This document shows positions 39,312-51,124 of a stretch of 64,000 nucleotides of DNA, piece by piece (the stretch's first letter is position 1; every line of letters starts with the position of its first letter). The DNA is from Alphaproteobacteria bacterium (lineage in GTDB: Bacteria; Pseudomonadota; Alphaproteobacteria; SHVZ01). The position numbers were made by a program, and so were the translations under genes. The stretch spans positions 2,609-66,608 of the forward strand of contig SHVZ01000008.1 of assembly GCA_009694025.1 (NCBI GenBank). Reading direction: 5' to 3'. The notes beneath the pieces were generated by a model that saw nothing but the letters and a program-made list of their open reading frames with translations, searched no databases and was not told the DNA's origin.

Positions 39312-40691
39312 ATGTCTCGGGAAGCCCCCCGGCGCCTCCTCGCCCCGATCGCCCTTCTCCCGGACGGCTGGCACGCCGATGTCGGCCTCGACCTGGATGA
39401 CGACGGAACGCTGACCGCGGCCACGCCCGGCGCCGCGGCGTTTGGCCGCGAACGGCTGGATGGGCCGGTCCTGCCGGGCCTTCCGAACCTGCATTCGCAC
39501 GCCTTCCAACGGGCGATGGCGGGTTTGGCCGAGCACCGCGACGACGACCCGGAGGACGACTTCTGGTCCTGGCGACGCCTGATGTACGGACTCGCGGCCA
39601 CGCTCCAGCCGGACGAGGTCGAGGCGATCGCAGCGCAGCTCTATGTCGAAATGCTGGAGGCTGGCTACACCGCGGTCGCCGAATTCCACTACCTCCATCA
39701 TCAGCCCGACGGCCGCCCTTACGACGATCCCGCGGAGCTGTCCGAGCGGGTGATCGCCGCGGCCAGGCAGGCGGGCATCGGCATCACCCACCTGCCCGTC
39801 CTCTACATGACCGGCGGATTCGGCGGCAAGGCACCGACCGAAGGCCAGCGGCGTTTCCTCAATCCACCCGACCGGTTCCTGAAGCTGGTCGACCGCGTGC
39901 GGACCCGCCATCGTGGCGATGCCGAGGTCGCGGTCGGTATCGCCCCCCACTCGCTGCGCGCGGTGCCGCCTGAAGCACTGGCCGAGGTCGCGGGTGCGGT
40001 CGACCCGACGACGCCCGTTCATCTCCATATCGCCGAGCAGACCGGCGAGGTCGAGCAGTGCCTCGCCTGGTCCGGGCAGCGCCCGGTCGAATGGCTGCTC
40101 GCCCACGCCCCGGTCGACCGGCGCTGGTGCCTGGTCCATGCGACGCATCTCACGCCAGAGGAGGTGGGCCGCGCCGCGGCCAGCGGCGCTACCGCCGGGC
40201 TCTGCCCAACGACCGAAGCCAATCTCGGCGACGGCTTCTTCCCGGCCGAGGATTGGATCGCCGCCGGCGGCGCCATCGGAATCGGCTCCGACAGCCACAT
40301 TTCCGTCAGCGGCATCGAGGAGCTGCGCTGGCTCGAATACGGCCGGCGCCTGCTGGCCCGCCGGCGCAACCGGCTGACCACCCGAACGGGCGCTCACGAC
40401 CTGTTTCAGGCGGCCCTCTCCGGCGGCGCCCGCGCTTGCGGTCGCGCCATCGGCCGCATCGTCACGGGTGCCCGCGCGGATCTCGTGATCCTAGACGGCG
40501 AGTCACCGGCGCTGGCCGAGGTCCCGGCCGGGCAATTGCTCGACGCGCTCGTCTTCGCCGGCAACGCCAACCCGGTGAAGCACGTCATGGTCGGCGGCCG
40601 CTGGCGGGTGCGTGACGGCCGGCACCTCGACCGGGATGCCGTCCGCGCCCGCTACCGCCGCTCTGTTGCCGCCGTACGCGGACGCCTATGA
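39312..40691 (+). CDS. hutF: Formimidoylglutamate deiminase
   Basis: 459 aa amidohydrolase: LPGLPNLHSHAFQRAMAGLAE, HLHIAEQTGEVEQC, GIGSDSH. It is divergent from hutI. Confidence 0.85.
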   Translation: MSREAPRRLLAPIALLPDGWHADVGLDLDDDGTLTAATPGAAAFGRERLDGPVLPGLPNLHSHAFQRAMAGLAEHRDDDPEDDFWSWRRLMYGLAATLQPDEVEAIAAQLYVEMLEAGYTAVAEFHYLHHQPDGRPYDDPAELSERVIAAARQAGIGITHLPVLYMTGGFGGKAPTEGQRRFLNPPDRFLKLVDRVRTRHRGDAEVAVGIAPHSLRAVPPEALAEVAGAVDPTTPVHLHIAEQTGEVEQCLAWSGQRPVEWLLAHAPVDRRWCLVHATHLTPEEVGRAAASGATAGLCPTTEANLGDGFFPAEDWIAAGGAIGIGSDSHISVSGIEELRWLEYGRRLLARRRNRLTTRTGAHDLFQAALSGGARACGRAIGRIVTGARADLVILDGESPALAEVPAGQLLDALVFAGNANPVKHVMVGGRWRVRDGRHLDRDAVRARYRRSVAAVRGRL

Positions 40692-41171
40692 GAGAGCGCC
40701 CTCGAGCTCCAGCAGCTTCTGCTTGATCGGGATGCCGCCGGCATAGCCCGTCAGCGTGCCGTCGCTCCCGATCACCCGATGGCAGGGCACGATCAGCGCG
40801 ATCGGGTTGGTCGCGTTGGCCCGGCCGACGGCGCGGAAGGCACCGGGGCGGCCGAGCTTCTCGGCCAGCGCCGCATAGGTCGTGGTCTTGCCGTAGGGGA
40901 TCTTCATCAGCGCCGCCCACACCCGCCTCTGGAAAGGCGTGCCCTCGGCGGCGAGCGGGAGGTCGAAGCTCCGCCGTCTGCCGGCGAAGTACTCGGCGAG
41001 CTGGCGGGCGACCGGCGCCAAGGCGCGGTCGTCGCGGTCACCGCCGTTGGCGGCGATCCAGTCGCGCTCACGCTTGCTGACACCGAGATGGGTGAGCCTA
41101 CCGGCGCCGTCGATCGCGGCGGCGAGGGGCCCAATGGGCGTTTCGATGACGCCCCAGTACTGCTTGCTCAT
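40686..41171 (-). CDS. ogt: Methylated-DNA--protein-cysteine methyltransferase
   Basis: Active-site PCHRVIGSDGTLTGYAGG, and TPFQRRVWAALMKIPYGKTTTYAALA. 161 aa. Confidence 0.9.
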   Translation of the reverse strand: MSKQYWGVIETPIGPLAAAIDGAGRLTHLGVSKRERDWIAANGGDRDDRALAPVARQLAEYFAGRRRSFDLPLAAEGTPFQRRVWAALMKIPYGKTTTYAALAEKLGRPGAFRAVGRANATNPIALIVPCHRVIGSDGTLTGYAGGIPIKQKLLELEGALS

Positions 41172-41232
41172 GGCCGGAAAGATAGCGCCGGCAGGCCGTC
41201 GCTTCTTCCCGGATCTGGCGGTCGATTTCCGA

Positions 41233-43173
<1,941 letters not shown>

Positions 43174-43339
43174 GGCTCGGGCGTTCCCTCGGAAGATCGT
43201 CGTTGACGGTCGGCCCTTGTGAGGGCGGGCCGTGCGTGGCGGGCGAGGAATTATCCATGGAACACACGGGTCGAACAAGGTTTGCACCGTCCGTGCCCAA
43301 GAGATGACAGTCCCGGGCCGCCTCTGTAGGTTGCCGGCC

Positions 43340-45517
43340 ATGCGCGGATTGAGCCTGGCCCTGACCCTCGTCCTCGTCCTGCTCGCGCGCCCGCCGTCGC
43401 TCGCGGCGGCCGAGGCGCCGGCGATCAACAGGGCCGAGATCGAAGCCCTGATCGGAACGCTCGAGAACGACGCCGAGCGGGCGAAGCTGATCGGCCAACT
43501 GAAGCTCCTGATCGAGGCGCGCCAGCCGGCCCCGGCCGAGAGCCCGGTCGAGGAGCTTTCGCAGCTCGCCATCGACACGCTTGCGGTCCGCATCAACCGA
43601 TTCTCGGTCGACCTCTGGGACGCCCTCGACTTCGGCCTGGCGGGTCAACGGATCAACTCCTGGGTCCAGCGCCTCGCCTTCGACCCGTACCTGCGCGGCC
43701 AGCTCCTGGAGACCTTGCTCCGCCTGCTCGCCGTCTTCGGCGCCGCGTTCGCGGTCGAGGCGGTGGCATGGCTCGCCCTGTCGCGCCCGAGGAAGACGCT
43801 CGAGGCCCGCATCCCGGGCCACACCTGGTCGAAGGCCGGCCACCTCGCCATGCTCGCCGGCGTAGAGCTGGTGCCGCTGTTGCTCTTCGCGGTCACCGCC
43901 AACCTGGCGCTTCCGGCGACCGCCAGCCTGTCCAACAGCACCGCCGGCCTCACCGCGGAGCTGATGGCGGCGACCCTTCTCAACGGCTTCGTGCTGGCCC
44001 GAGCCATCGCCCTCCTCGCCCGGCTGGCGCTCGCCCCCGGTGCGCCCTCCCTCCGCCTGCCGCCGATCGACGACGAGACGGCTCAGTACCTGCACATCTG
44101 GGTCCGAAGGTTCACCGATCTCTGGATCTATGGCGCGACCGTACTGGATTCGCTGGTGCCGCTTGGCCTGCCGAAGGTCGGCCATGCCGTCACTGTCCGC
44201 CTGCTCGGCCTCACGCTTTCCACGCTCGCCGTTATCTTCGTCCTGCAGAACCGCCAGACGATCGCCGCCCTCCTCAGGGGCGACGGCGAAAGCGCGTCCG
44301 AGCCGGGGCTCCAGCACGGCATCCACCTCCTGCGCCAGGGTCTCGCCGGATGCTGGCACGGCCTCGCCATCTTCTATGTGGCGATCATCTATCTGGTCTG
44401 GGCTCTCGAGGTCACCGGCGGCTTTCCATTCATCGTCCAGCGCACGTTCGGCACGGTCGGGGTGGTGCTCGGTCTCTGGGCGCTGTCGGGCGGTCTCCGC
44501 GTCGTCGTTCGTCGCGCCTTCACTGTCGCCGACGAGCTCAAGGCCCGCTACCCGATGCTGGAGAGCCGCGCGAACCTCTATCTGCCGGTTCTCCGTCGGG
44601 TTCTCGCGATGGTCGTCTGGATCGGCGGCGCCGTCCTGCTGCTGCAGCTCTGGGGCGTCGACAGCCTGATCTGGCTCACCTCCGACCGGGGGCGGCGCCT
44701 GGTCGGCATGCTCGTCACCATCGGATTCGCGGTCGGCCTCGGCGTCGTCGTCTGGGAGACCGCGAGCGCGGTGATCGAGCGCACCATCCGCCGCCTCGAC
44801 CGCCTGGATACCCGCAACGCCCGGCTTCGCACCTTCCTCCCGCTCCTCAAGACCGTCATCTTCGCCGCCGTCATCGCCATCGTCGGCCTCACGGTCATGG
44901 CCGAGCTCGGCATCAACATCGCTCCGCTTCTGGCCGGCGCCGGCGTCGTCGGCCTCGCCATCGGCTTCGGCTCCCAGGCCCTGGTCAAGGACGTCATTAC
45001 CGGTCTGTTCATCTTGTTCGAGGACACGATCAACGTCGGCGACGTGGTCGACCTCGACGGCAGGTCGGGATCGGTCGAGGCGATCACCATCCGCACCATC
45101 CGGCTCCGCGACGGCCAGGGCAGCCAGATCACCATCCCCTTCAGCGCGGTCACCACCATCAAGAACATGACCCGCGACTACGGCTACCACGTCTTCGACC
45201 TGTCGATCGGCTACGACCAGGAGGTCAAGGCGATCGAGGATATCCTACGTGAGGTCGACAAGCAGATCCGCGAGGACCCGGAATGGAAGGGCCGGATCCT
45301 GGCGCCGATCGAGATTCTGGGCCTCGACAAGTTCGGCGACTACTCCATGCGCATCGGCGCCCGGGTCAAGACCGGGCCGAGCCAGCAATGGGCTGTAGGG
45401 CGCGAGTACAACCGGCGCATTAAGGCCGCCTTCGACGCTGCCCGCATTACGATCGCCTATCCGACCAGCGTGCAAATGACCCGAGGGACCGCCGACGACG
45501 GAGCGGCGGGGGTCTGA
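43340..45517 (+). CDS. Large mechanosensitive ion channel, MscS family
   Basis: Start at ATG 43340 with signal-like [24 protein letters not shown], multiple TM helices, and the MscS core ...[40 protein letters not shown]. 725 aa. Confidence 0.8.
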   Translation: MRGLSLALTLVLVLLARPPSLAAAEAPAINRAEIEALIGTLENDAERAKLIGQLKLLIEARQPAPAESPVEELSQLAIDTLAVRINRFSVDLWDALDFGLAGQRINSWVQRLAFDPYLRGQLLETLLRLLAVFGAAFAVEAVAWLALSRPRKTLEARIPGHTWSKAGHLAMLAGVELVPLLLFAVTANLALPATASLSNSTAGLTAELMAATLLNGFVLARAIALLARLALAPGAPSLRLPPIDDETAQYLHIWVRRFTDLWIYGATVLDSLVPLGLPKVGHAVTVRLLGLTLSTLAVIFVLQNRQTIAALLRGDGESASEPGLQHGIHLLRQGLAGCWHGLAIFYVAIIYLVWALEVTGGFPFIVQRTFGTVGVVLGLWALSGGLRVVVRRAFTVADELKARYPMLESRANLYLPVLRRVLAMVVWIGGAVLLLQLWGVDSLIWLTSDRGRRLVGMLVTIGFAVGLGVVVWETASAVIERTIRRLDRLDTRNARLRTFLPLLKTVIFAAVIAIVGLTVMAELGINIAPLLAGAGVVGLAIGFGSQALVKDVITGLFILFEDTINVGDVVDLDGRSGSVEAITIRTIRLRDGQGSQITIPFSAVTTIKNMTRDYGYHVFDLSIGYDQEVKAIEDILREVDKQIREDPEWKGRILAPIEILGLDKFGDYSMRIGARVKTGPSQQWAVGREYNRRIKAAFDAARITIAYPTSVQMTRGTADDGAAGV

Positions 45518-45614
45518 TTGCGATTCACCTGCCGATCCTGCGATTAGATGAGAGCAAGGGGCGGGGGCGCCGGAACTCCGGGGCCGGCGGCCGATCCAGC
45601 GCGGCTGCCCGGCT

Positions 45615-47402
45615 TCAGAACTGGTCTTCCGCCAGAGCCAACGTCGCCGCCGGCTGGGTCGCCGGCCACAGCAGCGACGACGCCTGCACCAGCATGTGCT
45701 CGGCAAAGAAGCGGGCGGTCGTCTTCTTCGCGGAGAGGAACTTCCCGTCGCCCTCGCCGAGCTCGAGGTGAGCCGCGGCCGCGGTCGCGTTCCTGACCAT
45801 CACCCAGCCGCCGGCGACCAAGCCGAACAGCTTGAGGTAGGGCACGGCGCCGGCGATCGCCCGCCTCGGATCCTCGGGGAAGGTCCTGACGATCCACTCG
45901 GTCGCCTGGGCCAGCGCCGAGTGCCCGTCGGCGAGCGCTCCACGCATGGCAACGAAGTCCTCGTCGGTCAGGAGGTCCAGCTCGTCGATCGTGTCCTGGA
46001 CGAGCTGCAGAAAGACGCGGGCCGTCTCGCCCTGGTCGCGGGCGACCTTGCGACCGACCAGGTCGTTTGCCTGGATGCCATTGGTGCCCTCGTAGATCGG
46101 CAGGATGCGGGCATCGCGATAGTATTGCGCCGCGCCGCTTTCTTCGATGAAGCCCATCCCGCCATGCACCTGGATGCCGATCGAGGCCGCCTCGACGCCG
46201 AAGTCGGTGGCCCAGGCCTTGACCACGGGGATGATCAGGTCGAGCAGGGCCTGGACGCGCTTGCGGTCGTCGGCATCCGGCGCGTGGCGGGCGCCGTCGA
46301 TCCAGGCGGCGGCCTGGAGCGTCAGGCCGCGGGCCGCCTCGGTACCCGCCTTCATGGTCATCAGCATCCGCCTGACGTCCGGGTGTCGGATGATCGCGAC
46401 GGGACCGGCGCTGCCGGCGACGTCCCGGCTCTGGACCCGCTGGCGGGCGAAGGCGCGCGCGCGCTGGTAGGCGCGCTCGGCGATGGCGACGCCCTGCAGG
46501 CCGACCGCGAGCCGGGCGTTGTTCATCATGGTGAACATGTATTCGAGGCCGCGGTTGGCCTCGCCGACCAGGAAGCCGATGGCGCCGCCGTCGTCGCCGA
46601 AGGCCATGACGCAGGTGGGGCTGCCGTGGATGCCGAGCTTGTGCTCGAGCGAGACGCAGCGGAGGTCGTTGCGCTGGCCCAGCGAGCCGTCCGGCGTCAC
46701 CAGGACCTTCGGCACGACGAAGAGCGAGATGCCGCGCGTTCCCGCCGGCGCGTCCGGCAGGCGCGCCAGCACCAGGTGGATGATGTTCGGCGTGTAGTCG
46801 TGCTCGCCATAGGTGATGAAGATCTTCTGCCCGATGATCCGGTAGTGGTCGCCTTCCGGCACCGCCCGGGTGCGCACCTGGCCCAGATCCGATCCGGCCT
46901 GCGGCTCCGTCAGGTTCATCGTGCCGGTCCACTCGCCGGCGACCATCTTCGGCAGGTAGAGCCGTTTCTGCTCGGGCGAGCCGTGGGCGGCGATCGCCTC
47001 GATGGCGCCGTTGTTGAGCAGCGGGCAGAGCGCGAAGGCGAGATTGGCGGCATTCCACAATTCGGCGAGCGCCGTCTGCACCAGCCAGGGAAGCCCCTGG
47101 CCGCCATGCTCGGCCTCGAAGGGAACCGCGTTCCAACCGGCGGCGGCGAACTGCCGGTAGGCGTCGGCGAATCCGGGCGAAGTGCGCACGGCTCCGTTCT
47201 CGAGCTTGGCCGGCGTCAGATCGCCGGCACGGTTGAGCGGCGCCAGCACCTCGCCGGCAAAGCGGCCGCCTTCCTCCAGGATTTGCCTGACGGTGTCGGC
47301 ATCGATGCCCGCGAAGGCCGGCAGCGACAGCACATGATCGAGCCCGCCCACGGCACGGAGCTGGAAGTCGAGGTCCGCCAGCGGCGCCGTGTAGTCGGAC
47401 AT
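45615..47402 (-). CDS. Long-type acyl-CoA dehydrogenase with C-terminal extension
   Basis: Start at ATG 47402 (MSDYTAPLADLDFQL). TMNLTEPQAGSDL, IFITYGEHD and YEGTNGIQANDLVGRK are ACAD motifs. 595 aa. Confidence 0.85.
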   Translation of the reverse strand: MSDYTAPLADLDFQLRAVGGLDHVLSLPAFAGIDADTVRQILEEGGRFAGEVLAPLNRAGDLTPAKLENGAVRTSPGFADAYRQFAAAGWNAVPFEAEHGGQGLPWLVQTALAELWNAANLAFALCPLLNNGAIEAIAAHGSPEQKRLYLPKMVAGEWTGTMNLTEPQAGSDLGQVRTRAVPEGDHYRIIGQKIFITYGEHDYTPNIIHLVLARLPDAPAGTRGISLFVVPKVLVTPDGSLGQRNDLRCVSLEHKLGIHGSPTCVMAFGDDGGAIGFLVGEANRGLEYMFTMMNNARLAVGLQGVAIAERAYQRARAFARQRVQSRDVAGSAGPVAIIRHPDVRRMLMTMKAGTEAARGLTLQAAAWIDGARHAPDADDRKRVQALLDLIIPVVKAWATDFGVEAASIGIQVHGGMGFIEESGAAQYYRDARILPIYEGTNGIQANDLVGRKVARDQGETARVFLQLVQDTIDELDLLTDEDFVAMRGALADGHSALAQATEWIVRTFPEDPRRAIAGAVPYLKLFGLVAGGWVMVRNATAAAAHLELGEGDGKFLSAKKTTARFFAEHMLVQASSLLWPATQPAATLALAEDQF

Positions 47403-47404
47403 CG

Positions 47405-48841
47405 TCAGATCACTTTGCCTGGATTCATGATGCCGAGCGGGTCGAGCGCCGCCTTGACCTTCCGCATCAGGGCAAGCTCGACCGCGCCCTTGTAGCGCGG
47501 CAGCTCCGCGCGCCGGAGACGGCCGATGCCGTGCTCGGCCGAGATCGACCCCTGATACTCGGCGACGCAATCGTGCACGACTCCGTTGATCTCGCCCATG
47601 AGGGCGAGGAAGGCCTGGCTGTCCATGCCCCTCGGCGCGGCGATATTGTAGTGCAGGTTGCCATCGCCGACATGGCCGAAGCCGTGGATGCGGGCCTCCG
47701 GCAGGCGCGCGAGCACGCGCCCGCGGCACTCGCGATAGAACGCGGGAATGCGGCTTACCGGCACGGCGATGTCGTGGCGGATGGCAGGGCCCTCCCCCTT
47801 CTGCGCCTCGGCCATCGAATCCCGGATCTTCCAGAACATCGCCGCCTGCGCCTGGCTCTGCGCAACCGCGGCGTCGAGCACGAGGCCGTCCTCAACCGCC
47901 TTGCCGAGCGCCGCCTCGACGTGCTCGGCGAACCCGGCGTCCTCGTCGGCGGTGCGGCTGACCTCGATCAGGGCATAGTGGTCATAGACCCGGCTCATCG
48001 GATCGGCGACGCCCGGAATGTGGTCGAGCGCCATCTGCAGGCAGTTCCTCGGCAGGTACTCGAAGCTCGCCACCTGATCGCCGGTCGCCGAGCGCATCCG
48101 CACCAGGAGCTCGATCGCGGCATCGAGATCGCGGAGCGCCACGAACGACGTGCGCTTGTCCCTGGGCTTGGGGAAGAGCTTGAGGACGGCGGCGGTGATG
48201 ATACCGAGCGTGCCCTCGGCACCGAGGAAGAGCTGCTTCAGGTCGTAGCCGGTGTTGTCCTTGCGCAAGCCCCGGAGCCCATCCCAGATCGTGCCGTCCG
48301 CCAGCACCACCTCGAGCCCGAGCACGAGATCGCGGGCGTTGCCGTATTTGAGCACGGCGACGCCGCCGGCATTGGTCGAGAGGTTGCCGCCGATCTGGCA
48401 GCTGCCCTCGGCGCCGAGGCTCAATGGAAAGAGTCTGTCGGCTTCCTCGGCGGTGCGCTGGAGCGTCTGCAGGATGCAGCCGGCCTCGACGGTCATGGCG
48501 TAGTTGAGCGGGTCGACGGCGCGGACCCGGTTCATCCGCCCGAGATTGACGACGACCGCGGCCTCGTCCTCGTAGGGGATGGAGCCGCCGGTCAAGCCGG
48601 TATTGCCGCCCTGGGGCACGATCGGGACCAGGGCCTCGGCGCACAGGCGGACGACCTCGGCGACCTCCTCGGTCGACGCCGGGCGGACGACGACCGCGTT
48701 CTTCGCCCGCCACAGGCCACGCCATTCAGTGAGGTACGGCGCGCCATCGGCGGAATCGAGGAGGCCCCGGCCTACGGCCGCCTCAAGACGTCGGACGAAA
48801 TCCGGCGCGAGGGACGCAGGAGCGCGGGCGGCAACCGTCAT
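47405..48841 (-). CDS. FAD-linked oxidase (GlcD / D-2-hydroxyacid dehydrogenase family)
   Basis: Start at ATG 48841 (MTVAARAPASLAPDFVRRLE). PQGGNTGLTGGS, GGNLSTNAGG, KDNTGYDL, AEHGIG and NPGKV are FAD_binding_4 / FAD-oxidase_C motifs. 478 aa. Confidence 0.85.
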   Translation of the reverse strand: MTVAARAPASLAPDFVRRLEAAVGRGLLDSADGAPYLTEWRGLWRAKNAVVVRPASTEEVAEVVRLCAEALVPIVPQGGNTGLTGGSIPYEDEAAVVVNLGRMNRVRAVDPLNYAMTVEAGCILQTLQRTAEEADRLFPLSLGAEGSCQIGGNLSTNAGGVAVLKYGNARDLVLGLEVVLADGTIWDGLRGLRKDNTGYDLKQLFLGAEGTLGIITAAVLKLFPKPRDKRTSFVALRDLDAAIELLVRMRSATGDQVASFEYLPRNCLQMALDHIPGVADPMSRVYDHYALIEVSRTADEDAGFAEHVEAALGKAVEDGLVLDAAVAQSQAQAAMFWKIRDSMAEAQKGEGPAIRHDIAVPVSRIPAFYRECRGRVLARLPEARIHGFGHVGDGNLHYNIAAPRGMDSQAFLALMGEINGVVHDCVAEYQGSISAEHGIGRLRRAELPRYKGAVELALMRKVKAALDPLGIMNPGKVI

Positions 48842-48861
48842 CTGGATTTCCCGATCAGCGG

Positions 48862-50088
48862 TCAATCCGATGTATCGGTTTCCTCCGGGTCGGGCAAGCC
48901 GACGCCGACCAGCGCGGCCATGGATAGCGCGATGGCCGCCAGCCACCAGAACTGCCAGGCGCCGTAGCTCGCCATCGACACCGCGAGCACGCTCACCAGC
49001 ATCGCCAGCCGGATGCCATGCGCCACGCGGTTCTCGACCCGCCCGAGGGCGACACCGATGGCGGCGACCACAAGGGCCAGCAGCACCGATCCGACGATCC
49101 CGAGCTCGACCCGGAGCTGGAGCGCGGCATTGTGGGTGTGGAGCGGCAGCGCCTGGCGGGTCCACTCGCCATCCCGGGTCTTGAAGGTGACTTCGCGGTC
49201 GCCGCCGGGAAGCTCGCGTGCCGCCTCCAGTCCCCATCCCAGCCACGGCCGCTCGTCGATGCGATCGACCGTGAACTGCCAGATCATCAGCCGGTGGACA
49301 GCGGACGGCTTGATCTTCAGGTGCAGTTCGTCCAGGCCCGCCAGGATCGCGACGCCGAGCGGGGCGGCGAGGACACCGGCGACCGCCGCCGCGATCACCA
49401 TCCGGCGAACCGACCGCGGCATCGCCATCCCGGCGAGGCCGGCCGCAAGCCCGACGAAGCAGGCGAGCAGCGCGGTGGTGTTCTCTAGGAGCGCCAGCGC
49501 TCCGAACGCGGCGGCCAGAAGGGCGATCGCCGGGATCGCGCCGCCGAGGCGGTAGAGCGCATAGATCGCCGGCCACACCATGAGCGCGAGCACGGTCGCC
49601 GCCCGGTTCAGCATCACCGGCGTCGGCTCGCGCGCGCCGATCAGCGCGCGACCGAGATGCAGGATCGCCTGGCCGGTGGTCGCCTCGATCAGCAGGATCG
49701 CTACGCCGACCGCCGTGCCGGCGGCCAGAGCCCCGGCGAGGCGGCGCCGTCCCCGTCGATCCAGCCGGAGCGCCTTGTCGATGAGGATGCCGCCGGCGGC
49801 GAAGGTGAGGGCCAGCCGTGCCGCCATCGAGGCGCTGCGGGCGGGATCGATCGACCAGAGCGCGCTCAAAGCGCCCCAGGCGACGAGGGCGCCGAGCACG
49901 GCCGCGGCGAGGGCGAAGCTGCGACGGACCCGGCTCGGCCAGCCGTCGCCGACAAGGATGCCGAGGGCGACCGCCAGCATCAGCGGCGCCAGGCCCAGGG
50001 GAGCGGCGATGGCGAGCGGAAGCGCCAGCCCGACCGCAAGGTCGAGCGCGCCCGAAGCGAGTCGGGGCGAGCGGCCGAGCAGTCTCAC
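48862..50088 (-). CDS. O-antigen ligase-like (Wzy_C domain) polytopic membrane protein
   Basis: 408 aa with 10 or more hydrophobic helices and a periplasmic-loop segment ...PLHTHNAALQLRVELGIVG resembling the Wzy_C/ExoQ-type conserved His loop. GTG start in a GTGA overlap with the tsaC stop. Confidence 0.6.
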   Translation of the reverse strand: MRLLGRSPRLASGALDLAVGLALPLAIAAPLGLAPLMLAVALGILVGDGWPSRVRRSFALAAAVLGALVAWGALSALWSIDPARSASMAARLALTFAAGGILIDKALRLDRRGRRRLAGALAAGTAVGVAILLIEATTGQAILHLGRALIGAREPTPVMLNRAATVLALMVWPAIYALYRLGGAIPAIALLAAAFGALALLENTTALLACFVGLAAGLAGMAMPRSVRRMVIAAAVAGVLAAPLGVAILAGLDELHLKIKPSAVHRLMIWQFTVDRIDERPWLGWGLEAARELPGGDREVTFKTRDGEWTRQALPLHTHNAALQLRVELGIVGSVLLALVVAAIGVALGRVENRVAHGIRLAMLVSVLAVSMASYGAWQFWWLAAIALSMAALVGVGLPDPEETDTSD

Positions 50089-51056
50089 GTCCCGCGGCCT
50101 TTCAGCCCGGGCGTGCCCGGTCGCGGCGCGGCGGCGCGGCGGAGCCGGTCGTTGATCGCACGGCCGAGCCCCCGCTCGGGGATCGGCATCACCGCGATGC
50201 CGTCGAGGTCGCTTCGGTCGAGCCGCCGGAGGAAGGCAAAAAGGTTGGCGGCAGCCTCGGCGAGATCGCCGGTCGGGCTGAGATCGAGGGTTGCCGCGGC
50301 GCCGGTCGGCGCCCTCGGCCCGAAGGCGAGCAGCGCCTCGCCCGGGCGCGCCGCCGTTGCCTCCAGGCGCACCGGGAGAGCCGGCGCATAGTGGCTGTCG
50401 AGCTGGCCGGGCGACCGCAGCGGCCCGTCGCCGGCCGCCTCCAAGGCTCCGACAATCGCTTCCACCGCCTCCGCCGGCACGCCCCCTGGTCGCAGCAGCG
50501 CAGGCCGCGCGCCCGAAAGGCCGATCACCGTCGACTCGACCCCGACGCGGCAGGGCCCGCCATCAAGGACCAGCGCCACCTTGTCGCCGAGAGCCTCGCG
50601 CACATGGGCGGCGGCGGTCGGGCTCAGCTGACCTGAGAGATTGGCCGAGGGCGCCACCAGCGGGCGGCCGAAGGCGCCGAGCAGCCTGAGCGCCAGCGGA
50701 TGATCGGGGACGCGGACCGCCAGCGTGTCGAGACCGGCCGAGGCGAGCAGGCTCACCGGGCAGTCGGGCTGGCGCGGCAGAACCAGCGTCAGCGGCCCCG
50801 GCCAGAAGGCACGCGCGAGCTGCCTTCCCGGCTCGGAGAACGCGACCAGCCGCTCGGCCGCCGCCAGGTCCGGTACGTGGGCGATCAGCGGGTTGAAGGT
50901 CGGCCGGCCCTTGGCCTCGTAGACGCGGGCGACCGCCGTATCCGAGGTCGAATCGGCGCCGAGGCCGTAGACGGTCTCGGTCGGGAAGGCGACGAGCCGG
51001 CCTGCCGCCAGGGCCGCTACCGCCTCTTCGATTGCGGAGTCCCTCAGAATCGTCAT
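50085..51056 (-). CDS. tsaC: L-threonylcarbamoyladenylate synthase (Sua5/TsaC, long form)
   Basis: AGRLVAFPTETVYGLGADSTSDTAVARVYEAKGRPTFNPLIAHV plus SANLSG and a C-terminal Sua5 domain. 323 aa. Confidence 0.88.
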   Translation of the reverse strand: MTILRDSAIEEAVAALAAGRLVAFPTETVYGLGADSTSDTAVARVYEAKGRPTFNPLIAHVPDLAAAERLVAFSEPGRQLARAFWPGPLTLVLPRQPDCPVSLLASAGLDTLAVRVPDHPLALRLLGAFGRPLVAPSANLSGQLSPTAAAHVREALGDKVALVLDGGPCRVGVESTVIGLSGARPALLRPGGVPAEAVEAIVGALEAAGDGPLRSPGQLDSHYAPALPVRLEATAARPGEALLAFGPRAPTGAAATLDLSPTGDLAEAAANLFAFLRRLDRSDLDGIAVMPIPERGLGRAINDRLRRAAAPRPGTPGLKGRGT

Positions 51057-51124
51057 GTTAGCGGGCGCATCTTGTGGGCCAGATGCGGGCTCCGCACAAT
51101 AGGACCGATTCGAGAGGGGGACCG

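Noticed and set aside
38811-40397. 528-aa minus-strand ORF, plus similar antisense ORFs at 8306-10105, 4972-5877, 47531-48967 and 52585-54435
   Set aside because: All lie opposite genes with strong homology signatures (hutF, pheA/kdsB, the ABC ATPase, the FAD-linked oxidase, the CoxL-like gene) and have biased low-complexity translations.
45518-45614. Direct repeat TGCGATT...TGCGATT in the convergent gap between the MscS-family gene and the acyl-CoA dehydrogenase gene
   Set aside because: It is only a 7-nt repeat occurring twice with no associated structure, which is compatible with chance.
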